From NCBI GenBank assembly GCA_041586955.1, contig JBFGZE010000059.1:1-21793 (forward strand): DNA of 21,793 bases. Reading direction: 5' to 3'. The stretch is from Bacteriovoracaceae bacterium. Its GTDB lineage: Bacteria; Bdellovibrionota; Bacteriovoracia; Bacteriovoracales; Bacteriovoracaceae. The stretch's first letter is position 1. Each line of letters begins with the position of its first letter. Under the pieces are notes generated by a model, which saw only the letters and a program-made list of their open reading frames with translations, was not told where the DNA came from and ran no database searches. The position numbers were made by a program, and so were the translations under genes. Positions 8,916 to 16,413 of this stretch are shown here, in pieces.

Positions 8916-9569
8916 TTACATTAAGTCGAGATATAAACTGACTTGAAGTCCAACTTGATAAGTTTCATACTGGCCATATTGTGAGCTTGGAAGAATCACC
9001 TTTTGACCTCCCATTGTATATTCTTCATAAGTGATTTTTTTAAAGACCAATGCACTACTGATATATTTTTGGGCAAAAAACCCCAATCCCAGGCCGAAAC
9101 CTTCGCCTTTTAAAGTATCATTATGGGCCCAAATATTGGCCTCTTTATCCTCGGCATAGGTCATTTTTCCTTTGATATCTGGGTAATACTCACCCCATAG
9201 ACGAAAACTACCCAAGTTAAACCCAAGGTAATGGCCAAAGAGGTCTTGGCGGAGAGTATCGTTATAGGTTTTGGTACTGAGAATAGACCCGCTTATCTCT
9301 TCGCGGCTACCATCAACTTGGATCATTGATCGCGAGACAACAACACCAAAATTGAGACCGAAAATATTAAGACCGCCGCGAGCACCGGCCTCCACCATAA
9401 ATAAGAGGGCATCATGGTCGTAATTGACTCCAGCGTTAGCTTCTGAAGCATCTGCGGTACCGGCGCCCATGGAAATATAGGGCTCAATAACGAAAAAGGC
9501 AGATATCGGAGCGGATAAGGTCATAATGAGAACAGTAAAAATAAATAAAAGTGTCGTAGGTTTTTTCAT
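8916..9569 (-). CDS. Outer-membrane beta-barrel protein (small OmpA/OmpW-like barrel)
   Basis: Signal peptide ending APISA, followed by FVIEPYISMG. Amphipathic beta-strands (GARGGLNIF, GFGLGLGFF) and terminal strand YQVGLQVSLYLDLM. Confidence 0.7.
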   Translation of the reverse strand: MKKPTTLLFIFTVLIMTLSAPISAFFVIEPYISMGAGTADASEANAGVNYDHDALLFMVEAGARGGLNIFGLNFGVVVSRSMIQVDGSREEISGSILSTKTYNDTLRQDLFGHYLGFNLGSFRLWGEYYPDIKGKMTYAEDKEANIWAHNDTLKGEGFGLGLGFFAQKYISSALVFKKITYEEYTMGGQKVILPSSQYGQYETYQVGLQVSLYLDLM

Positions 9570-9575
9570 AGAAAG

Positions 9576-9604
9576 ATTTTATCACTAAGCTCTAAGGGGT
9601 TAAA
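9576..9604 (-). promoter_or_regulatory. Candidate extended -10 sigma70 promoter for the OMP gene (leaderless geometry)
   Basis: TTTAAC - 17 bp - TAAAAT with TG extension (TGaTAAAAT), then 6 bp, then ATG 9569. No SD. Confidence 0.5.
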
Positions 9605-9701
9605 AGAGGGAAAATACGAAACGATTAAATCAGGCCGATGCTGGATTAGGAGTGATGGCGCCGTTGTCTATCGCCAAATCTTGGTAAAAAAATAGGATCG
9701 G

Positions 9702-11093
9702 TTATAATGGTGCCGCAATTTGGTTTAACAATATATGAACGGTGGTTCCTGATTGACCCTCATTCGTTGAGGATTCAATGACCAGGGAACCATCAAATTG
9801 ATCAATATAATTTTTGCAGATTAGCAGTCCCAGTCCCATTCCCGTTTCTCCCATCGTTCCATGACTAGAGAGTATGCTTTCCCCTTCATTTATATGTTTT
9901 ATTTTTTCTGCAGGGATCCCAATTCCCGTATCCTTAAAGGTGATTTTAATTTTTCCATTTGGTAGCAATTCATAATCAATATAGGCGCTCCCCTCTGGAG
10001 GGGTGAATTTTAAAATATTGGAAAGGATATTGGTTAAAACTGAATTGCAGAGCGTTCCTAAGTTCGCTTGGGTAAACAAATCTACCTTGTCCTCAAAAAG
10101 AGGATGTATGGTAATATTTTTTCTCAGGAATAGTTCATTCATATCTTCAATCGTTTCCCTTAGGGCATGTTTGATACTGACTGGCCCCATCTCTATTTTT
10201 TTTTGAACCATGCCGAGATGGGTTTCCTTTATATATTCTAAGATAAAGCGAACTTTACAGCAGAGGCGGTCAATATCTTTAATGAGGTGAGTTTGTTTAG
10301 GATCATGATTAAGCTGGAGCAACATTTTCGTTTTCCAAATGATGGTGTTTATAGGATTTGACGTATCATGGGCAACCACTTTGAGGAGTAAATCCTTTTC
10401 TTTTGTCGCCGTTTTAAGTTTCTCTGTTTGGATATTAACTAAGTCAGTTAAGTTGGGCCTTCCAAATAAGGCCAATTCATAAATGACATGACAGAATAGT
10501 AGGATAGATAAGGAAATGTAGCTGGTGAACGCTGCTACCCAAACTAAAAAATGAGTACCAGGTTCCATTCGATAAAGAGAAAATTGAGTAAGTCCAATAA
10601 TGCAAAAAGTAATAACAATGATACTGGCCCGGTCCAATTGATTGGGCCGCGCTTTTTTATTAAAGAATACATTCCAAATGGTTTGGGTAATAAGAATAAG
10701 AAATGTCGAGTTAATCGGAATACTTTGCCAAAAAACGGAGAGTGTTAATGGTGGAAATTTTAATATCAACAAAGTTAGCAAGCAGGCGCTTGTCCAATAG
10801 TAAATTAAAAACTTGGTTGGAAAATTAACTTGAATTGATCGATGAATATAATGGCAAAAAAGCGCCAGCGGAAAGAAGTTAAGGGCATGTGAAAAAAGAA
10901 TAGACCCGGTACCTTTTTGTAAAGTTCCCTGAACAATTAATATGACGAGAATGGCAGCCCAGTATTTTATTTTTAATAACAAGGCCTTTGGTGGCCTAGG
11001 AATTATTCGGTAAAGCAAAACGGCGCCCAAGAAATTAACACCTATAAAAACACCAATCGCAATATTCAAAATCTCGATAGAATTGTCATTCAT
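9702..11093 (-). CDS. Membrane-bound sensor histidine kinase (about 7 TM N-terminus, HisKA + HATPase_c)
   Basis: H-box VVAHDTSNP, N-box NILSNILKFT, G1 DTGIGI, G2 GETGMGLGL. First ~205 aa form multiple hydrophobic helices. Confidence 0.92.
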   Translation of the reverse strand: MNDNSIEILNIAIGVFIGVNFLGAVLLYRIIPRPPKALLLKIKYWAAILVILIVQGTLQKGTGSILFSHALNFFPLALFCHYIHRSIQVNFPTKFLIYYWTSACLLTLLILKFPPLTLSVFWQSIPINSTFLILITQTIWNVFFNKKARPNQLDRASIIVITFCIIGLTQFSLYRMEPGTHFLVWVAAFTSYISLSILLFCHVIYELALFGRPNLTDLVNIQTEKLKTATKEKDLLLKVVAHDTSNPINTIIWKTKMLLQLNHDPKQTHLIKDIDRLCCKVRFILEYIKETHLGMVQKKIEMGPVSIKHALRETIEDMNELFLRKNITIHPLFEDKVDLFTQANLGTLCNSVLTNILSNILKFTPPEGSAYIDYELLPNGKIKITFKDTGIGIPAEKIKHINEGESILSSHGTMGETGMGLGLLICKNYIDQFDGSLVIESSTNEGQSGTTVHILLNQIAAPL

Positions 11094-11163
11094 GTAAAAG
11101 GTGTAACACTAAAATTAAGGATTTAAATTTTTTTTCAAAAAAAGAGACAAAAATGTCGTATTG

Positions 11164-12255
11164 TTAGCCGTGACCGCCCATCATAAATGGTCTCTCATTA
11201 TCAATCTTCTTGGCGTGCAATCCCTCGGCCTCCAATTCTAGGAAGTATTGAGTTGTGACATGGATCGTTTCATCAAATGTTTTTGTGGCAAAGATCTCGC
11301 CGCGAAATTTGGCAACGCGAGAAAATCCGGCGGCAAACCAAACGATGAGTTTTCTCATTTGCACTTGCAAGGCACGGGGGTGGTTTGAATAGTCCTCTAT
11401 ATAGTCTGCCAAGCGGTTAATAATTTCCAAATAATCTTTGGGCCCAAACCATGAGTGGGAATCCTCATGAAAGGCATCCAAAAAGAGAAATGGGTTCCGC
11501 AATGGTCCACGCCCTAGCATTAAGGCCTGACATTGAGTAGACTTTAAGCGATCACGCACCATCTGTGCCGTATGGAGATCGCCATTACCTATAAAGGGCA
11601 GGGGTGATGTCGCTGCCATCTTTTCTAGTAATTGCCAATCCGCTTGACCCAAGTATTGTTGAGTGCGGGTTCGGCCGTGGATAGCGATGAATTCAAGACC
11701 TTCTTCCTTGGCAATATGAATGACTTCGGGAGCGTTTATATTATCCTGATCCCATCCTGTGCGAATTTTGACGGTCAATGGAATTTGAATTTGGTTTTTA
11801 ATGGTTTGGAAATAATGCCCTAGTTTTCTAGTGTCTTTGAGAAGGGCAGAGCCGCCACCTTTGCTCACGACTTTTCGGACTGGACAACCCATATTGATAT
11901 CGATAAATTTTGGGCCATAATCTTGTGCGACCTTAGCAGATTCCGCCATGGCGTCCGGGTCTTCCCCAAATAATTGGATACCAATATTTTCCTCGCGCTC
12001 ATGAATGGTGAGCATATGGCGAGTTTTAACGTTGCCATAGTTAATACCATGGCAAGATATCAATTCACTGACAGTGCCGCCAGCTCCCAATTCTTCCATC
12101 AAAAGCCGAAATGGTGCGTTGCAAATGGCGGACATTGGGGCCAATAAGAGAGGAGAGGAAAAGGGGATACTTCCCAATTGAATCGCTTGCCTGCGCGCCT
12201 TGAGGGTATCAATCTTTTGTTGCAAGTCGTTGGAAAAGGGCCTTGTTTTCTGCAT
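11164..12255 (-). CDS. dusB: tRNA-dihydrouridine synthase (DusB-like)
   Basis: Dus motifs LAPM, IQLFG, IDINMGCP, GGGSALL, TVKIRTGW, IHGRTRTQQY, IGNGDL, MLGRG. Confidence 0.9.
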   Translation of the reverse strand: MQKTRPFSNDLQQKIDTLKARRQAIQLGSIPFSSPLLLAPMSAICNAPFRLLMEELGAGGTVSELISCHGINYGNVKTRHMLTIHEREENIGIQLFGEDPDAMAESAKVAQDYGPKFIDINMGCPVRKVVSKGGGSALLKDTRKLGHYFQTIKNQIQIPLTVKIRTGWDQDNINAPEVIHIAKEEGLEFIAIHGRTRTQQYLGQADWQLLEKMAATSPLPFIGNGDLHTAQMVRDRLKSTQCQALMLGRGPLRNPFLFLDAFHEDSHSWFGPKDYLEIINRLADYIEDYSNHPRALQVQMRKLIVWFAAGFSRVAKFRGEIFATKTFDETIHVTTQYFLELEAEGLHAKKIDNERPFMMGGHG

Positions 12256-12261
12256 AAATTG

Positions 12262-12290
12262 GGTTTACCGGCCCAGGATCACTGCGTCAA
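12262..12290 (-). promoter_or_regulatory. Candidate sigma70 promoter for dusB (leaderless geometry)
   Basis: TTGACG (12290-12285) - 17 bp - TAAACC (12267-12262) - 6 bp - ATG 12255. Confidence 0.5.
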
Positions 12291-12306
12291 CAGAGGAGAT
12301 ATCAGC

Positions 12307-12334
12307 TTGAACTTTTGTGGCACTTCAGTATGAT
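12307..12334 (+). promoter_or_regulatory. Candidate sigma70 promoter for ffh
   Basis: TTGAAC (12307-12312) - 16 bp - TATGAT (12329-12334). SD GAGGT just upstream of ATG 12368. Back-to-back with the dusB promoter. Confidence 0.5.
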
Positions 12335-12367
12335 GAGATTTTTGAATAATCGAGGATAGAGGTCCAT

Positions 12368-13804
12368 ATGTTTGACAATTTAAGTGAGAAATTTGGCAAT
12401 GCCTTTAAGCATTTACAAGGCAAAGGAAAAATCTCTGAGAGTAATATTGAATCTGCCTTAAAAGAAGTGCGCACGGCATTGTTAGAAGCAGACGTTAATT
12501 TTAAAGTTGTAAAAAAGTTTATTGGCCTGGTTAAAGAAGAAGCGTTGGGAGAAAAAGTAATCTCTGGCGTGAACCCTGAAGAGCAATTTATCAAGATTGT
12601 TCACGACCAATTGGCCAAGGTGATGGGAAATGCCAATGAAGAGCTGGATCTTGAGCGACCTGGGCCCGTCCCCGTTCTCGTTGTCGGCCTTAATGGACAG
12701 GGGAAAACGACCTTTTCAGGTAAACTCTCTCTCCATTTACGTAATAAAAAGAAAAAAAATGTTCTCCTGGTTCCCTGTGATACTTTTCGCCCGGCGGCCA
12801 AAGATCAATTGATTACATTGGCCAAAAGCATGGAGATGGATTGGTTTGACTCAGACCTTTCTCTTTCTCCCTCCGAAATTGTCTTACAGGCACTCAAGCA
12901 GGCGACAGATGAAAAACGTGATGTGGTAATTTTCGATACCGCTGGTCGACTGCATGTCGATCAAGAATTGATGGCCGAGTTGGTCGAGGTTAAAAAGGCA
13001 CTCAATTCTTTTAATCCCGAAGTTCTTATGGTTGCTGATGCGATGACTGGACAAGAAGCGGTTAACGTCTCGAAAAGCTTTCATGAGGCGGTTGGTCTGA
13101 CTGGGATTGTCCTTTCGAAAATGGATTCAGATGCACGCGGTGGTGCCGCCTTGAGTATCCGCGATGTCACTGGAGTTCCCATAAAATATATTTCCACAGG
13201 TGAAAAGATGAAGGATTTGGAACTTTTCCATCCTGATCGTCTTGCCGGGAGAATCCTCGATATGGGGGACGTGGTCAGTTTAGTGGAAAAAGCGGAAGAG
13301 GCCATCGATCAAAAAGAAGCTGAGAATATGATGAAGAACCTGGAAAAAGGTAAATTCACAGTAGATGATTTTCTCAAGCAAATGGAAATGATTAATAATT
13401 TGGGCCCTATGACCTCTGTTCTTAAAATGATTCCTGGGATGGGGAATGCCTTACGCCAAATCGGCGACTTAGGCCCTGCTGAAGATGAAATGAAGCGTAT
13501 GAAGGTTATCATTAGCTCCATGACGAAGCAGGAGCGACAGGACTATAAAGTGGTTAAGGAGAGTCGTATCAAGCGTATTGCTGGTGGTTCCGGGAATACG
13601 GAGCAGGGGGTACGAGACTTTTTGGCCAAGTTCCGCCAAATGGAAAAGATGATGGGTGGTATGATGCAGATGATGAAAGGCGGTGGAATGCCTGGAATGC
13701 CAGGAATGCCAGGAATGCCCGGAATGCCCGGAATGGGTGATATGGGCGGCAAGAAGAAGAAAAAAGGCAAAAAGAAAGGGCCATGGGGCGGCGGATATTT
13801 TTAG
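12368..13804 (+). CDS. ffh: Signal recognition particle protein Ffh
   Basis: ALLEADVN, GLNGQGKTT (G1), DTAGR (G3), SKMDSDARGG, FHPDRLAGRILDMGD, M-domain SRIKRIAGGSG and a Met-rich tail. Confidence 0.98.
   Translation: MFDNLSEKFGNAFKHLQGKGKISESNIESALKEVRTALLEADVNFKVVKKFIGLVKEEALGEKVISGVNPEEQFIKIVHDQLAKVMGNANEELDLERPGPVPVLVVGLNGQGKTTFSGKLSLHLRNKKKKNVLLVPCDTFRPAAKDQLITLAKSMEMDWFDSDLSLSPSEIVLQALKQATDEKRDVVIFDTAGRLHVDQELMAELVEVKKALNSFNPEVLMVADAMTGQEAVNVSKSFHEAVGLTGIVLSKMDSDARGGAALSIRDVTGVPIKYISTGEKMKDLELFHPDRLAGRILDMGDVVSLVEKAEEAIDQKEAENMMKNLEKGKFTVDDFLKQMEMINNLGPMTSVLKMIPGMGNALRQIGDLGPAEDEMKRMKVIISSMTKQERQDYKVVKESRIKRIAGGSGNTEQGVRDFLAKFRQMEKMMGGMMQMMKGGGMPGMPGMPGMPGMPGMGDMGGKKKKKGKKKGPWGGGYF
13685..13735 (+). 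repeat. 9-bp tandem repeat (GGAATGCCN x ~5.7) encoding the (GMP)5GM tail of Ffh
   Basis: ggaatgcct ggaatgcca ggaatgcca ggaatgccc ggaatgccc ggaatg. Confidence 0.9.
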
Positions 13805-13832
13805 AATAATGTATCTATTTTGCCCTAATGGG

Positions 13833-13861
13833 TTGACTTCTTAACCGGAACTGACTAAATT
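13833..13861 (+). promoter_or_regulatory. Candidate sigma70 promoter for rpsP-khpA
   Basis: TTGACT (13833-13838) - 17 bp - TAAATT (13856-13861). SD AGGAGA before ATG 13899. Confidence 0.6.
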
Positions 13862-13898
13862 TCCGGGTAGATTTTAAATGTAATATTAGGAGAATTAA

Positions 13899-14150
13899 AT
13901 GGTTGTAATTAGATTAGCACGTGGTGGTAGAGTTCACAGACCTGTATATACAATTATTGCTACAGATAAGAGAAACCCTCGTGACGGTCGTTTTTTAGAG
14001 AAATTAGGCCAATACGATCCAAATGCTAAAGACGAAAAAGTTTTGAATAATGTCAAAACTGAAGCGATCGCATCTTGGGTGAGCAAAGGCGCTGTTATGT
14101 CTAACACCGTTAGAACTCTTCTTAAGAAAAATAACATTCAATTAGGTTAA
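13899..14150 (+). CDS. rpsP: 30S ribosomal protein S16
   Basis: MVVIRLARGGRVHRPVYTIIATDKRNPRDGRFLEKLGQYDP; canonical position after ffh. Confidence 0.98.
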   Translation: MVVIRLARGGRVHRPVYTIIATDKRNPRDGRFLEKLGQYDPNAKDEKVLNNVKTEAIASWVSKGAVMSNTVRTLLKKNNIQLG

Positions 14151-14209
14151 TGACTTTTTGTCTTTCATTAGGCAGAATAGATTAAACGACAGAAATAACT
14201 AGAGAGAAT

Positions 14210-14452
14210 GTGATGAGCGAGTTGAAAGATCTAATCCATTATGTGAGTAAATCTCTTGTGGATATGCCAGATAATGTTGAAGTGCATGAGATTGTTGGAG
14301 AGCAAACGACAGTTATTGAGCTTAAAGTTGATAAAAGTGACTTAGGAAAGGTTATTGGTAAGCAAGGGCGTACAGCTCGCGCTTTAAGAACTATTCTTAA
14401 TGCAGCATCCACTAAGCTTAAAAAGCGTTCTGTTTTAGAAATTATCGAATAA
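14210..14452 (+). CDS. khpA: KH-domain RNA-binding protein KhpA (YlqC/UPF0109)
   Basis: [10 protein letters not shown]...[20 protein letters not shown] (GxxG KH loop); canonical position after rpsP. Start GTG 14210 or ATG 14213. Confidence 0.93.
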   Translation: MMSELKDLIHYVSKSLVDMPDNVEVHEIVGEQTTVIELKVDKSDLGKVIGKQGRTARALRTILNAASTKLKKRSVLEIIE

Positions 14453-14480
14453 TAGACATTAAAGCATAATAAAAAAGAGA

Positions 14481-14513
14481 AAGGCCCAATAAATAGCATT
14501 GGGCCTTTTTTTT
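14481..14513 (+). terminator. Rho-independent terminator after khpA (possibly bidirectional)
   Basis: Stem AAGGCCCAAT / ATTGGGCCTT with 7-nt loop, followed by a T-run; A-run on the left side. Confidence 0.85.
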
Positions 14514-14541
14514 GCCATTTTTTTATAATTTTCGCTATAAT
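14512..14541 (+). promoter_or_regulatory. Candidate sigma70 promoter for the SIS-domain gene (leaderless geometry)
   Basis: TTGCCA (14512-14517) - 18 bp - TATAAT (14536-14541) - 6 bp - ATG 14548. The -35 abuts the terminator T-tract. Confidence 0.6.
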
Positions 14542-14547
14542 TTGAAA

Positions 14548-16077
14548 ATGGATACACTCTTCTTCCAAGATGGAATCACAGACTTTAAGCTTGGCCATTT
14601 GACTACTGAAAAGGCCCACCCCGAAACAAAAAACCTCTCTGATTGGGCCAAAAATGATTTGCCTAAGGCCCTTAAGCAATGGAAAAAAGTCGATCAAGAT
14701 ATTTTCCCGACCCTACACGCTCAAATGCCACTGCTAAAAAAAATGCGTCAAGATTTTTTGGCCACTTGGCAAGCTGGTGGCCGTGTGGTTCTGATTGGCT
14801 GTGGTGCGACTGGCCGTTTAAGCCTAAGTCTTGAAACAATTGCACGAAAAATGCGCTGCCCTTATCATAAGCAAATTATTTCTTTGATGTCAGGCGGTGA
14901 CTTAGCGCTCATCCATTCCATCGAATCTTTTGAAGACTTCCCCGATTTTGGTAAGCGACAATTACAAGATATAGGTCTCAGTGATAATGATCTGGTGGTG
15001 GGAATTACGGAAGGGGGTGAAACGTCTTTTGTTATCGGTGGCACTCAGTATGGGTTTGAAGTCTGCCAGCGTAAACCCTACTTTCTCTTTTGTAATCCCG
15101 AAGAATCTCTGCTTGGTTTGCGTCGCTGCCAATTGATGCTGGGGAATGAGGCGATTACAAAGATTTCTTTAGTCACTGGGCCACAGGCGATTACAGGTTC
15201 CACTCGATTGCAGGCATCCAGCGTGTTAATGACTGCTGTCGCCTTAGCTCTTTTTTATGAAGACCATCAAATGATACCGGCACTCGAACGTTTGGAGCGT
15301 ATATTTTCGACCTGGGATTATCAGAAATTGGCACCCTTCATTGAAAAAGAAAGTCAAATCTATCAAGAGCAAGGGCATATTCAATACCGCACATCCCATG
15401 ATCTTGCCATTTGTGTTTTAACAGATACCACCGAGCGCTCACCAACATTTAGTTTACCTCCTTTTGAAAACTTTGATGATCAATTGCAAGTTTCCAGCTT
15501 AAGCTATCTCACTATTGATGGCATGAATAATGCTCCTGATGCCTATTTTCAGCTCTTAGAGCGCCAGGCCCGTACCCTGACTTGGCCTCAATACATTCGT
15601 TTGGCCGGGCGGGATCGACTTCTGGGTTTTGATATTAGTGAGGAAGGATTTAAAAAAAGAGATCAGAAATTGCGCCTCTTTACGTTTGGCATCCATCACC
15701 AAAACTTTCACTTTCAATTTTCACTGGATGGTTTACAGGAAAGTTTTGGCCATGAGGAGATATCCAATCTTTTTGAAGGCCACCTCTTTTTAAAATTACT
15801 TTTAAATACTCATTCAACATTAGTAATGGGCCGTATGGGGCGCATTCAAAATAATATTATGACCTTTGTACGGGCCTCTAATAAAAAATTAGAAAACCGT
15901 GCCTGTCGTTATATTCAACTTTTATTAGAGCACCAGGGAGTTTCCCTCCCACTCGTTAAAATCCATGAATCTTTAGGTGAGGCCATGAAAAATGCCTCTA
16001 ATAAAAGTGATATCCCTATCGTTCCCACGGTGGTCGCTAGCATTTTAAAATCTCAAACGGAAAAAATTGCAACTTAA
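14548..16077 (+). CDS. Double-SIS sugar-phosphate protein, MurQ (MurNAc-6-P etherase)/glucokinase-regulator-like
   Basis: MurQ-like motifs LTTEKAHP, GCGATGRL, GGDLALIHSIESFED, VGITEGGET, TGPQAITGSTRLQA, DTTERSPTF and KLLLNTHSTLVMGRMGRIQNNIMTFVRASNKKLENRA. About 509 aa, far longer than canonical MurQ. ATG 14548 preferred over TTG 14512. Confidence 0.78.
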   Translation: MDTLFFQDGITDFKLGHLTTEKAHPETKNLSDWAKNDLPKALKQWKKVDQDIFPTLHAQMPLLKKMRQDFLATWQAGGRVVLIGCGATGRLSLSLETIARKMRCPYHKQIISLMSGGDLALIHSIESFEDFPDFGKRQLQDIGLSDNDLVVGITEGGETSFVIGGTQYGFEVCQRKPYFLFCNPEESLLGLRRCQLMLGNEAITKISLVTGPQAITGSTRLQASSVLMTAVALALFYEDHQMIPALERLERIFSTWDYQKLAPFIEKESQIYQEQGHIQYRTSHDLAICVLTDTTERSPTFSLPPFENFDDQLQVSSLSYLTIDGMNNAPDAYFQLLERQARTLTWPQYIRLAGRDRLLGFDISEEGFKKRDQKLRLFTFGIHHQNFHFQFSLDGLQESFGHEEISNLFEGHLFLKLLLNTHSTLVMGRMGRIQNNIMTFVRASNKKLENRACRYIQLLLEHQGVSLPLVKIHESLGEAMKNASNKSDIPIVPTVVASILKSQTEKIAT

Positions 16078-16413
16078 TAGGGTCAGTCTTATTTAGCAAA
16101 TAAAGTTTTATCTATGAGTATGTGTTGTGAGTTCTAATTGCTATTAGTCTATATAATAAAAAGTGTTGATGTTTATGTGGAAAATCTATATGTATTGAAT
16201 AAAATAATTTTTAATTTAAATAGAGGAATTTCAAGTCCCTCTTTTCCTATGATGAATTAAATTTAAACGTTTTCTAATTTGCAGTCTTTATTCGCTGAAA
16301 AAATTAGGTCATTTTACTTATCACTGATTGATCAACAATTTATTGTTCAACATTTATGCATCGTTATTTTCGTTATGTTACCTCGTTTAAAGCTTTCGCA
16401 AAAGGGAGTTGAT

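Noticed and set aside
12256..12367. Possible SRP RNA (ffs) or other ncRNA near ffh
   Set aside because: No SRP helix-8 (CAGG...GGAA...AGCAG) hairpin seen; the spacer is accounted for by two divergent promoters.
13685..13735. Tandem repeat considered as a CRISPR array
   Set aside because: 9-bp in-frame coding units with no spacers and no cas genes.
12325..14697. Antisense ORFs over ffh, rpsP and khpA, including the PGI-repeat ORF 13543-13770 and the 152-aa ORF 14239-14697
   Set aside because: They are mirror images of conserved sense genes; the repeats are simply the reverse complement of the GMP tail.
16220..16340. Sigma-E promoter or FNR box upstream of degQ
   Set aside because: GAATT/TCTAA and TTGAT/ATCAA elements are present but with the wrong spacing, and are likely chance in AT-rich DNA.
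16279..16413. N-terminal extension of DegQ given by the ORF track
   Set aside because: The SD and signal peptide begin at ATG 16414.
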